Shown in pieces: positions 20,918-32,208 of a DNA stretch of 41,399 nucleotides. The position numbers and the translations under genes were made by a program. The notes beneath the pieces are model-generated. The model was not told where the DNA came from. It did not search any database and saw nothing but the letters and a program-made list of their open reading frames with translations. Location: contig LT649302.1 in assembly GCA_900128395.1 (NCBI GenBank), positions 1 through 41,399 of the forward strand, in the 5' to 3' direction. Within the stretch, counting starts at the first letter, position 1. Each line of letters begins with the position of its first letter. The stretch is from Stramenopiles sp. TOSAG23-2. Taxonomy: Eukaryota.

Positions 20918-21435
20918 ATTATGCGCGTATATCTATTTATTGCAAAGCTTTTTTCAACAATTTACGTAATATTATTTTTCGATGAATTTGTCTACAAGTG
21001 TTTGATGTATTCAACTTGTGTGTGATCTATTTGATCTACAAGTATATGCGAGTATGTGTATAATACATCTCTTGATCTATTATTATTAATTGAATTAATG
21101 TATAAGAAGATGACGACTGGTGGGTGATTCAGGAACCAGAACCAATAAAAGCTAGTGCAACACAAACCCTTAAACTAGAGTGGATCTACCTTAAACGTTA
21201 CCAGGTATGACAAATAATATATTTTGATATTACATACACTCTGTATACATTTTACCACATTTTCAAGAATATATACAAACATACATAGATATATTATAAT
21301 GTACAATTTGTTAAATCTACATGCAGGAAAATAAATAACGATACATAGATTAGAGTTAATCAAATACATATTTTATTATAATATATATCACATTATTCAG
21401 AATTTTTTTATATAAAAGAAAAACAAATAATAAAA

Positions 21436-22176
21436 ATGAAATCGATTATTACCATGTATATGTACTACCTTTCTATTATTATTACTACTTTGATGATACT
21501 AATAATAAAAATGAATACTGTATATGGACGAGAATTAGATCCAGAAATGTATGTACCAGATCCAAATGCACCGGAAGAAGAAATGCCAGCAGAATTTAGT
21601 GAAGATATTGAATGGGAAAAAGCACATGAAAGTTCTAATTTAGCGTTAGGAATGGCATGTTTGTATGGCGAAACAGATATGGTACGTGAAGCATTAGTAA
21701 ATGGACAAATGTTAGAGATGGATCATAGTGGCTTTGCAATTCTTTCTGAACATGAGCCATTTCATCATTCCAAAAAAAAAATCATGTATGATCGTGACTG
21801 GAGATTTCATCATAAAAATGAATTGAATGACACCTGCTTGCATCGTGCTGTTATGAGTAGGGAATACGACATTGCTAAATTGTTATTGGAACATGGATGG
21901 GATCCAAATGCGGTTGATAAAAATGGACATACACCGTTGGATGTAGCCCATTCACGACACGATGAACTTCTTTCACATTTATTAGAGGATCGTGGAGCTT
22001 TAGCAGAGCATCATCGTAGAAATATGGATAAATTTCGAAGACACAAGGAAGAACATACTCGAATAAGAGTGGATCATCATGAAAGGTTTGCGCATCAACA
22101 TATGCATGAACATGCTGAACATGGGGCACCAGACCATGGTCATTGGAGAAAAAATGCTAAGAAAATGGATCTTTGA
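21436..22176 (+). CDS. Secretory-pathway ankyrin-repeat protein with a His-rich tail (246 aa)
   Basis: Hydrophobic N-terminus, ankyrin motifs DTCLHRAV..LLLEHGWDPNAVDKNGHTPLDVA, and a His-rich C-terminus. Confidence 0.85.
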   Translation: MKSIITMYMYYLSIIITTLMILIIKMNTVYGRELDPEMYVPDPNAPEEEMPAEFSEDIEWEKAHESSNLALGMACLYGETDMVREALVNGQMLEMDHSGFAILSEHEPFHHSKKKIMYDRDWRFHHKNELNDTCLHRAVMSREYDIAKLLLEHGWDPNAVDKNGHTPLDVAHSRHDELLSHLLEDRGALAEHHRRNMDKFRRHKEEHTRIRVDHHERFAHQHMHEHAEHGAPDHGHWRKNAKKMDL

Positions 22177-22389
22177 AAGGGTTTAAATACTGAACGATAT
22201 TTTGATAATAAAAAAAATACATTTTTTTTATTTATAACTGCTGAAGGTTCGTATATATTTTTTATATAAAAATATTTGTATATATATATAGAGAGAGATA
22301 CTTCGTATTAATTATTATTATTAAAAAATATAATATATAATATATATATATATATATAAAACAGAAAAACGAATATGTTGGAAGGATAG

Positions 22390-22564
22390 AAACCTACTTG
22401 TGCTTGTAGAGTATGCATATTAGTTTGCAGAGGTGCATTAGAGCTTTACTATATGCATAGTAGGATAGCATATTATTCTTGCGATTGAGTAATATTGAGC
22501 ATATTACTTAACACGAGAAGTGTTAAAATATTATTATAACACTTAGATTTTAACCATTAGTTAT
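22390..22564. repeat. Diverged dispersed repeat homologous to ~7974-8264
   Basis: Collinear shared blocks: AAACCTA, TTAG.TTGC..GAGG, TATTC.TG.GATTGAGT, ATTGAGC, CACG.GAA, TATAAC, TAGATTTTAACCAT. Confidence 0.7.
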
Positions 22565-22917
22565 AAAATAGGAAAAATATTTTTTTGAAAAATATTTTTT
22601 ATTTTTACAGGACGTGCACTTTAACATATAAAATTTTATTTACGTACACACTCGAGACAGTATTTTTTCCATCTGCCAAGTAATACATTTAATTAAATAT
22701 TTAAATAAAATATCATATTTAATATTTTAAATATTAAAATATTACAAAATGTATTTCACACCCATCAATTAATGCATGCATATTCGCACAAATAATCCAT
22801 ACCACACCATTTACAAATGATAAAAATCATTCATTTTTTTGTGTGTTTTCTAAAAAATTATAAATATTTATAGTTCGGATTTTTCTCCTCTCCTTTTTTG
22901 AATACCCAACCACTTTT

Positions 22918-23997
22918 TTAATAATCAACATTATTCCAAACACTATCTTTAGCAAATTTCCATTCTACTGGGCCAACGATTTTTCCATCTTCAAATCTAC
23001 CTTTAAATGAATCTCCATTAGGCAATAACATTCTCCCAATTCCATGACGTCTGCCATTATTAAAATTACCTTCATAAACATAACCCGAACTAGCACATGT
23101 AAAAATGCCTAATCCAGAGCGAGAATCATCAACCCAATTTCCCTCATATCTATTTCCATTTGCAAACGTTAATGTGCCTCTTCCATTTGCCATATCTCGT
23201 GCCCATTCTCCTTCGTAACGATCTTGATTTTTATATTGTAAAATACCATCTCCACTTTTTACACCATTGACAAAATTTCCTGTATAAGTATCACCTGATC
23301 GATATTTTAATACACCAAAACCAGATGCACGATCAGTTTTCCATGAGCCTTGATACACGTCACCGGATACATATGTTAACTTTCCTTCCCCTTCTTTCAC
23401 ATCATTTTTAAAATCACCTTCGTATATATTGGAATTTGGAAATACATATTTTCCTTTTCCAGACATTTTTGAGTCTTCCCATTCACCTTCATATATACCT
23501 CCATCTTGGTATTGATAACGACCAAAACCTGCCATTTTACCACCTGCCCATTCACCTTCATATGCTTCAACTGGATTTCCAGATTGATCTACATATGTTA
23601 CTTTTCCACTACCTTCTCGTTTGTCGTTATTCCATTGTCCCGAATATACATCACCACTTGCATAGGTATATGTCCCTATTCCATGCATTTTACCATTATT
23701 CCACTGTCCATCATATTTATCTCCATCCGAGAAAAACAATGTGCCTTGCCCATCAATAATGCCATTTTTCCAATTGCCAACGTACCTATTACCATTACTA
23801 TAAATTGCTTCTCCTTGACCATCAATTTTATCATCCCTAAACTCACCCGTATATTGACCACCATCTACATAAAAATATGTTCCCATTCCATGCCTACGAC
23901 CAGCAACCCATTGTCCTTCATATATTTCATTATTTGCATAAACCAATTTGCCTTTCCCGTGCATCTGGCCCTCTTTAATCTCACCGGTATACTGCAT
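22918..23997 (-). CDS. MORN-repeat protein (359 aa, ~14 repeats)
   Basis: Continuous 23-aa YEGxWxxGxxxGxG repeats. Confidence 0.93.
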   Translation of the reverse strand: MQYTGEIKEGQMHGKGKLVYANNEIYEGQWVAGRRHGMGTYFYVDGGQYTGEFRDDKIDGQGEAIYSNGNRYVGNWKNGIIDGQGTLFFSDGDKYDGQWNNGKMHGIGTYTYASGDVYSGQWNNDKREGSGKVTYVDQSGNPVEAYEGEWAGGKMAGFGRYQYQDGGIYEGEWEDSKMSGKGKYVFPNSNIYEGDFKNDVKEGEGKLTYVSGDVYQGSWKTDRASGFGVLKYRSGDTYTGNFVNGVKSGDGILQYKNQDRYEGEWARDMANGRGTLTFANGNRYEGNWVDDSRSGLGIFTCASSGYVYEGNFNNGRRHGIGRMLLPNGDSFKGRFEDGKIVGPVEWKFAKDSVWNNVDY

Positions 23998-24259
23998 CTT
24001 TCCACAGTCAGTTCTCTCTCTTTCTTGTCCTTTTTATTAGAACTGTAATTGACATTATTCTTGTAACAACAATTAATTCTGTATGAGTACATCTAAATTC
24101 AATCAATCATATAATATATATACTTTTATAACTGTAAGTAAAGATGGATGGATTATTGATGGTGTTTGCAATATTGTGTGCATGCTATTAGTATTATATA
24201 GGAAATTGGTAGTTTTAGAATAATAATAGTATGAGATGATTTTAGTTTTATTTATTTTT

Positions 24260-25859
24260 TTAATGATGATCTTGAAAATGTAAATCCAATGGAATATCAT
24301 TACCGGCATCAACAAATCCAACTAATAACATTCGTTTGCCATTTGTAATTTCATATCCACCATGACGAAGTTTACCACTATGAATTAACACATCACCACG
24401 TTGTATAGTATATACTTTTCCATATACACCTTCCATTTTTACTAAATTAGTAGTAATATCATTTTCATTGTTCTTGGTAATAATCATATTGTTTTGTACA
24501 ACTTGATCTTGTTCAAAAAATGTACCACCACCAACAAAATCATTTTCTGAATTTAATAAAACATTGAATGAGATAACAGAACCATCACGGTGTATACCAA
24601 CTGATCGTTGTTGTGGTTCCTTATTTCTTTCTGCATCATGCGCATCCTTTACATCGAGACACGCCGTAGTAGTGTTATTATGCTGATTATTATTATTATT
24701 ATTATTTTTATTAATCGCATCATCTGATGCATTGTAATAAACAAAAAATAAATCACGAAATTTAAATGTATCCACTGCAAATTTATGATTTTTACTTAAA
24801 ATTGGAAATAAACGATTTCGCAATATATTTTTCAACCATTTGTCTAATTCAGGCATTTTATTAACACGAACATCTGTAGTTGCATAACCACGATGACGAT
24901 CACTTAACCATCCATTTTTATTTGTATATTCTTTGACACCTTTCAATAAATAATCACATTCTTCAAATGTAAATTGTTGTTTTAATGAATATGGAATTTT
25001 CAAAGATGGATGTATTGACCACATTTTCTTAATACGTTTATTACCATTTTCATAATCACATTTACGTTTTTTCGTTAACCATTCTGTCGTATAACATAAA
25101 TTGTTTTTGGAACACTTTTCAGGGGTGTTATCTTTATTTCCTGTTGTTGATTTCATTAATGGTGATGACGATGACGACGATAATAAGAAATTTAAACTAT
25201 TTGTATGTTTATGCATTGCTGCTAATATTGCTGGTGTATTTTCATCCCAATCAATAACATTTACATTTGCACCATAATTATTTACCAATATTTCTATTAC
25301 TTCACATCCTTGTGGTTCACTTGCTAATGCTGCAAAATGAAGAAATGTTTTACCACCACCTTGTATACTTTTCATTTGCAATTGTAAATCAATAGTCGTT
25401 GTATTATTTAAAAACTTTGCAAATGTATTTTCATCTGATATTTGTTTTTTCATTTTTATTACCTTGTATACTTTTCATTTGCAATTGTAAATCAATAGTC
25501 GTTGTATTATTTAAAAACTTTGCAAATGTATTTTCATCTGATATTTGTTTTTTCATTTTTATTAAAATGGCCTGAACTAAATTTACCATACCATATTCAC
25601 ACGCATAATGTAATGGGCGATATCCATAATCATGCCTGACATTATAATCTACATCTACTCCATTATTTACTATATCGCATGCCAAATCTTCATCATATAA
25701 AGATGTTGCGTATATAATAGGTGGCAAACCTTTTATTGTTTTCTCTTTCAAACTGACTTTATTTTTTATTAAATTCAATAATTCTTCTTCATTTTCAATA
25801 ACAGTGGAACGAAGACTATCATCATTACTATTATTACCATCATTAGCGATTGATGTCAT
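24260..25859 (-). CDS. Ankyrin-repeat + Fe(II)/2-oxoglutarate dioxygenase (PLOD/prolyl-hydroxylase-like), interrupted by a 103-bp duplication
   Basis: Ankyrins RPLHYACEYG, KTFLHFAA and NTPAILAA. Oxygenase motifs YATTDV, HRD (HxD), FNVLLN..DFVGGGT, RHGGYEITNGKR. Removing one repeat copy fuses ORFs 25431-25892 and 24260-25453. The first ATG is at 25859. Confidence 0.87.
25358..25563. repeat. Perfect tandem duplication, 103-bp unit (25358-25460, 25461-25563), frameshifting
   Basis: ACCTTGTATAC...CATTTTTATT occurs twice, and KMKKQISDENTF...SIQG appears in both ORFs. Confidence 0.96.
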
Positions 25860-26580
25860 ATTGTTTTTTTTTTTTACTGTATATTCTTTCAATTATGTGT
25901 TGATTTTATTAATTATCATTGTTGTTGTTATATCGATAAATGGAAATAGAAAAATGGAACTTGTATGAAAATTGATTTTTGTTCTTTTAAATATATATTT
26001 TTAGATTTAAAGTATAAGTAGATTTGCACATTTTTTACCTGGTGGTATTATTCAACATTAACAACACATCAGATGATCGTATAGCGAGCTATTATACCCC
26101 TATGTAGTCGAGTACCCTTATATGTAGTCTATATTCTAGATAGATTAAGATAGATTAAGATGATGATCTCGAATGAATTCTTTTACACACAAGCAAAAGC
26201 ACAAAACGTGGTGCCGTGATGCACAAGCTAAAGTGCATATTTATGACATGATTTACATTTATTATATATATATTATATTGCATATTGATAACATTTCATA
26301 TCTTCCTTTTTATACACTTGAAACAAACAAATAATATCGTATATAAAACACTTTTTTAAATAACACGTTGTGCCATATATATATATATATATATAATAAT
26401 AATATAATATTTTGAATAACAAATGAAACAATTTTCATTTCATCATGGAATAAATTGTACTATATTATGTATCATGATGTTGATATTATATTATAGTGAT
26501 GCATATACTATGCCAGGTGATCATCATAGTAGAATGGAAGCATCGAAATGTAACATCCATAAACCTACCCAAAATTGTAA

Positions 26581-27372
26581 TCAAAGAGAAATCAAATATG
26601 TTTTAAGAATGCAAAAAGAGACAAAACAAAACAGGAACAGGAACAGGCAAAAAAAAAAGAAGTTGAAAGAGTGAAAGAACAGAAGAAACGAGCAGCTGAA
26701 AGAATCAAACAACAAAAGCGACAGCAATTAGTCCAGGAGATGCAAGAGCGAAAGCGTAAACGTGAGGCAAGGCAGAATTTGTGTAATGCAAAACAGAATT
26801 CCCAAAATGCTGCGAAGAGGAGACGTATAGCTTCAAATGAGTCTAATAATACTACCAGTGGTAGAGGAGAGGCTTGGACATTGTTGGAAGATGCGATACT
26901 TATTAATTGGCATAGTGATGGAGTCAGTGGAAAAGACATGGCAAAATACATGTTGTGGAGAACATACTCAGCTGCAAAAAGCAGATTTCATTCAATCCGT
27001 CATAACAGTCGTGCTATATTGGAAAGAGCGATGAAAAAATTGAATGTTGGCTATCGTCCATATTCAGAGAAAGAAGATGCTTTGCTTCTTGCTATGAGAC
27101 AAGAGAATCTTTCATATACGCGAATATGTAATTGGATGAAATGGCGCTCAGTTTCTTCACTACAACAACGTGTTGTTAAATTGCGACAAGAAGCGCCTTC
27201 AAGCTCTTTAATCGTTGGTAGAGGAAGGCCAAGATTAAACTGGGGGCGTTGCTAGATGAGAGGATGTGGTAGTGGTGATGTAGTAACTACAGGCGCTCAT
27301 GGAACACAACCAAATCTACGTTATAAATTTCGTTGCAATGCGTGTAATAGTACCTGGATGGGATTGCCTTAA
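26581..27372 (+). pseudogene. Coiled-coil + two Myb repeats + AT-hook + C4 zinc ribbon gene, with an in-frame TAG at 27253-27255 and an unclear 5' end
   Basis: Myb repeats WTLLEDAIL.. and YSEKEDALLL.., then GRGRPR. The frame continues C*MRGCGSGDVV...KFRCNACNSTW to TAA 27372. It is open from 26581, with the first ATG at 26740. Confidence 0.65.
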
Positions 27373-27472
27373 TTCGAATTTAAATGAGAACAGCTTAAAA
27401 GTACTTCATCAGTATATTTTAAATACAAGCATAATATAAAAATACTAATATCCCTCTTTCCAACTTTCTCTC

Positions 27473-27546
27473 TCATAAAAACAATGTCTCTCCCCCACCT
27501 CCATCTTTCTCATCGCTGTCATTTATCGACACTAATTCACCATTAG

Positions 27547-27578
<32 letters not shown>

Positions 27579-28852
27579 TTATTATTTGCAATCCAATTAT
27601 TATGTATTTCTTCACGAATCAATCTTTCTTTCAATGCACTACGTTCATCAAAAATTGCTTTGGGATAACAGCATGGACATATATGTACACAACTTGCTGT
27701 TACTTTTTTATAATAATCATATACTCTTGTATATGAAGATGTTAAATACAACAACATAAATGTTGGTACTAATTCCGGTACCGGATAAAAGAAATATGGA
27801 AAAAATATTTTGGGCAATTCCAAATTAAATGCTGGCCTAGCTAAAAACATAAAGGCACGCAATGAAAAACTGAGTAATATAACAATCAATACAAACAAAA
27901 TTTTACATTGCATTATTCTGCCATTCTTTGATTCAACACGTTTTAATAATCCTATTAATTTCATTCCAGAATAGGTAAATAATATACCTAATATGAGGAA
28001 AAAACTAGACACAATACGATGATTCCAATCTTTCGTATCAGAATAAAAATCTTTTTTAAAGCCACCATATATATATGTAAATTCTAAAATGAATTCAATG
28101 ATATACATCCAAACATTTAAAATAACAATAAATAATGTAATATTACAACCACAAATTCGTATTGCTAAAGCTGTTTTATCAGATGCAAGCGTATTGTTTT
28201 CCTCTAATTCATTTTCATTTGTCTGTTCCGTATCCTCCATCATGCCGTTCTTACCATCAAGGTTCATAAACATCGAAGTTGATGTTTGACGTGTATTGTT
28301 TTCATTATGATGTCTTAATCTTTTATTAGAAGCTTCAAACGACATATTTCTTTCAGATTTACTTTCATAATTTGCCCATACATCCAACCAAATTTTACAG
28401 ACGCATGTATATGCAGTGAAATACGTTAATACTGCTACACGATTAAACAGATGAGGAATAGTTGCCCACGTGCAAGCTAAACAAGTAGAACAATCTTCCT
28501 TTTGTATCACCCGAGTGTCAATATCCCAAAAACCAAAACCTCTTGCAAATAACCAGAAACAACGTAAAGTAAATGAAATAAGCAAAAATACATATACAAT
28601 GTTTAAATTCATTAATTTTGTATTTGCATCAATGGATTCGCGAGAACAGCATGATAATAAAATCAAAGGCAATGCTAAACCATATGGTATTAAACAATAT
28701 ATATAATCACTCATATCTACAAATTGATGGTCTAAGATATCAATATTATTCATTAACAGGGTCGAACATTGTGAATTTAAATATCCACATGTTTTATTTG
28801 CGTGTACTATACAATGTTCTTGTGCGGTGGCTGTAAGGGTTGTTGATGTCAT
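27473..28852 (-). CDS. Multi-pass (~7 TM) membrane protein, THH1/TOM1 (DUF1084)/GPR137-like
   Basis: About seven hydrophobic helices, with motifs LRCFW, YFTAYT..W, FSLRAF and YPVPELVPTFMLLY. Confidence 0.72.
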
Positions 28853-29362
28853 TCTATTATATATCTTGTCTCACTTTTTTATTAATATGTGTGTAAATAT
28901 ATATATTGCAATATCTTTATACTTTTACTGTGATAAAAATATACATACATACATTCAAATATACAGTAGTGAAACCAAATATAAGATCTATTTATTGTGG
29001 TGGTTAAATTTAGTAAAATATTAAATATAATACCAATGATATTCCCTTGTTAAATAGACGCTACTTTTTACACACATCATAATCAAGTAATCCGATCCAA
29101 AAAAGTACGCGACAAAAAAATGAATGAATGTAGTAAAGATATAGGTAAACTATAGTAGTATATCCAACAAAACTTTTATATATTGATATACATCACGTTT
29201 TAATATATAATAGTAGAAATCATCATGGTATAATATATGTAGAATATAATTCATAATACATATATATTTATGTACGTCGGATAGTAGAACCAATAAACCA
29301 CGAGGATACGTATACAGTGATATATAAACGCAAAGAAAAGTAAATACGAAAATAAAAAAACA

Positions 29363-31888
29363 ATGGGAAAGAAAAAAAATAAAAAGAAAGATGCAGAAAA
29401 AAAAGAAAAATTAAAAGCAAAAAAAGCTGCAAAATTAAATAAAAAACAAACAAAGAAGCAAAAAAAAGCAGCGAAAGAATTAGGGGAAGAACATATTGAT
29501 AGTTTAGTAAAAGAATTCAATGTAACAAATATGGATGAAGATAAAAAAACAAACGTTGTCATTAAAGAAAATGTTTCACGTCCTGGGCCTAGATGCTATG
29601 CTAATTTTACTGCATTACCTACTGGAGAAATATGTTTATTTGGTGGTGAATATTTCGATGGAAAAGGAACATATAATTATAATGATTTATATTTCTACAA
29701 CCCAACAACGGAAACATGGCGTACGGTGACATCTGATTATTGCCCAGCTCCACGATCATCACACCAAGCTGTTGTATATCGCGAACATATGTACATATTT
29801 GCCGGTGAGTTTGCAACTACAAATCAATTTTATCATTATAAAGATTTTTGGCGTTTTCATGTTGGTACGAATAAATGGGAATTATTGGAAGCGAAAGGTG
29901 GTCCATCACAACGTAGTGGTCATCGAATGGTAGTATGGAGAAATTTTATATTAGTATTTGGTGGTTTCTACGATGTATCAAGGGAAATGAAATATTACGA
30001 TGATTTACATGTTTTCTGTACACGTGAATTGAAATGGAGAAAAATGGAATTTGATCCATTAAAACCAAAACCAAGTGCAAGAAGTGGTTGTGGATTTGCT
30101 GCACATCCATCAAAAGATGAAGTTTTTTTATATGGTGGATATACAGAAGTGCGAGTTGGGCGTGTATTGACACGTGGTCGTTGTTCCTCTGAAATTTGGT
30201 GTTTGAAATTGAATCCAGGAAGAAATTTAAAAGATTTAAAAATGAGCTGGAGTCGCTTATCTCGTAAAGGTTCTGCACCAGTTGAACGTAATTCATTTGC
30301 ATGTACTGTTCATAAACGACGAATGTTATTTTTTGGTGGTTGTGATGATAATGATTTACAAGAAGAAATACAAAGTGATTTTTTCAATGATGTACATGCT
30401 TTTGATATGGATTTAGGACGATTTTTTAAAATTGAATTACGTGGAAATAAATCCAAGAAAAAAAAGAACAAAAAAAAGAAGAAAGCGAAAAAAGTAAAAG
30501 ATGAAGAAGAATCTGGTACAACGGTAATCATACATTCTGATTCAGATGACGACGACGAAGAAGAAGATGATGATGATGATGATTTTGATGAAGAAAAAAT
30601 ATTGGATGGATATGATGATTTAGATGATAATAAATTTTATTATATGGTAGATGGTGTTATTATGGAAATGGATTTGGATAATTTGAGCGATGAGGAAGAA
30701 GAGGAACAAGTTGAACAAGATGACGATGATAAAAAAAAAGAGAGTGATAAAACTGAAGTTGTTTCAGGCACAGATAATGATAAGGATGATAATAATGGCA
30801 ATAATGATGGGAAACCAAAAGCTATTGAAGATGATGAAGAAATTCCAACATTGGTAAAACTTACAGATGACGAAAAAGTGAAAACAGATGATATAGCTAT
30901 TGAATTAACAAATGAGGATGACAAAGTTGATGACAAAATAAAAACAAATGTGATAGAAAATGTCAACAATGACAACAATAAGAATGATAATGCAAAGTCT
31001 TCAAAAGCAGAAATAACCAAAGAAGAACCAAATGCCATTGAGCCGAGAAAACGATTTAATTCTTCAATTTGTTCCTCAGGTAATAATTTGTACGTATGGG
31101 GTGGCATGTGGGAAGAAAAGGATAAACGCTTCACATTAGATGATATTTGGGCATTGGATATGGTAAAATTAAAAGAATGGAAACCATTATTAGAAAGTAC
31201 GGATGCTGGATTAAAATGGCAAGGTAGTGACGATGAATGGGAAGATATGGAAGATGAAGACGGCGACGGGGAGAATGGAGGAGGCAATTATGGAGATGAT
31301 GGAGATGATATGACAGATGAGGATGATTACGATAGTCAAGAGGAGGAGAAAGATGCGGAAACATTGGAAAAAGAAAAGAAAGAATTTGAAGCAATGAGCA
31401 AAGATGAAAAAGCAGTAGTATTGGCATTGAAACAATTGAAAAAATTAAAGAGAAGTGGATTTGTTTTTGGTGGCGGATCATCAAGACGTTCAAAATCAAA
31501 CGTAGAAACTAGTAATTTAATGCATACATTAGGTTTGTCAGATGCATTATCAACACCTGACATAAAAGAGAAATTACGTGATTTCTTCCTTCGCACTGCT
31601 GATCATTGGCTACAAGTTACGGCAAATAATGAAATTGTTAAGTATGGGCGTATGTCTGGTAAAGAATTAAGACGTTTAGCATTTGAAGCATGTGAGAAAC
31701 GCTTTACAACGATGAAGCCATTATTAGATCGACTTGATATATTAGAACAAGAACAACGATTAGCAGAGGCGAAAGCATCTGCGATGTCTGGGAAACAAAT
31801 GAAAAAAAAGAAAAAAGGCTTAACACGAGAAGAGAAAAAAGCATTGAAAAAAGCAAAAAAAAAGAAAGCGAAGGAGCTCGGAGAGTAA
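29363..31888 (+). CDS. KLHDC4: Kelch domain-containing protein 4 (Kel3-like) with a C-terminal DUF4110-like domain
   Basis: MGKKK start, kelch blades (LFGGEYFDG, PAPRSSHQAV, PSQRSGHRMV, PSARSG), an acidic insertion before the last blade, and LRDFFLRTADHW..KELRRLAF. Confidence 0.92.
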   Translation: MGKKKNKKKDAEKKEKLKAKKAAKLNKKQTKKQKKAAKELGEEHIDSLVKEFNVTNMDEDKKTNVVIKENVSRPGPRCYANFTALPTGEICLFGGEYFDGKGTYNYNDLYFYNPTTETWRTVTSDYCPAPRSSHQAVVYREHMYIFAGEFATTNQFYHYKDFWRFHVGTNKWELLEAKGGPSQRSGHRMVVWRNFILVFGGFYDVSREMKYYDDLHVFCTRELKWRKMEFDPLKPKPSARSGCGFAAHPSKDEVFLYGGYTEVRVGRVLTRGRCSSEIWCLKLNPGRNLKDLKMSWSRLSRKGSAPVERNSFACTVHKRRMLFFGGCDDNDLQEEIQSDFFNDVHAFDMDLGRFFKIELRGNKSKKKKNKKKKKAKKVKDEEESGTTVIIHSDSDDDDEEEDDDDDDFDEEKILDGYDDLDDNKFYYMVDGVIMEMDLDNLSDEEEEEQVEQDDDDKKKESDKTEVVSGTDNDKDDNNGNNDGKPKAIEDDEEIPTLVKLTDDEKVKTDDIAIELTNEDDKVDDKIKTNVIENVNNDNNKNDNAKSSKAEITKEEPNAIEPRKRFNSSICSSGNNLYVWGGMWEEKDKRFTLDDIWALDMVKLKEWKPLLESTDAGLKWQGSDDEWEDMEDEDGDGENGGGNYGDDGDDMTDEDDYDSQEEEKDAETLEKEKKEFEAMSKDEKAVVLALKQLKKLKRSGFVFGGGSSRRSKSNVETSNLMHTLGLSDALSTPDIKEKLRDFFLRTADHWLQVTANNEIVKYGRMSGKELRRLAFEACEKRFTTMKPLLDRLDILEQEQRLAEAKASAMSGKQMKKKKKGLTREEKKALKKAKKKKAKELGE

Positions 31889-32208
31889 AAAAAGAGAAAA
31901 GTTTTTTTGTTTATTTTTTATTTTATCTTATGCATCGACATAATAAAGATGGTTAAAATCTTATATATTTTTTTTTAATATTTTTACGACTTCGTAAAAC
32001 ATTAAAATATATACTCCTTACACACGAAACCCCCCCTGTATGTTTTTGATTTACACACACACACACGTGCATAAAATATCACGGAAACATATTCGTATTA
32101 CGAAGGTTCGTACGTATCATATCATACGGTACATGATATTTAATTTAAATATAAAAAAATATAAACCTGCTCAGTATAGCTTGATTTCTGTTTTTATATT
32201 TTCTCAAT

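Noticed and set aside
27253-27255. Genome-wide reassignment of TAG to a sense codon
   Set aside because: No confident gene ends in TAG, but long genes (1737, 841 and 666 aa) contain no in-frame TAG either, which reassignment would produce. TAG is also expected to be rare in AT-rich genomes.
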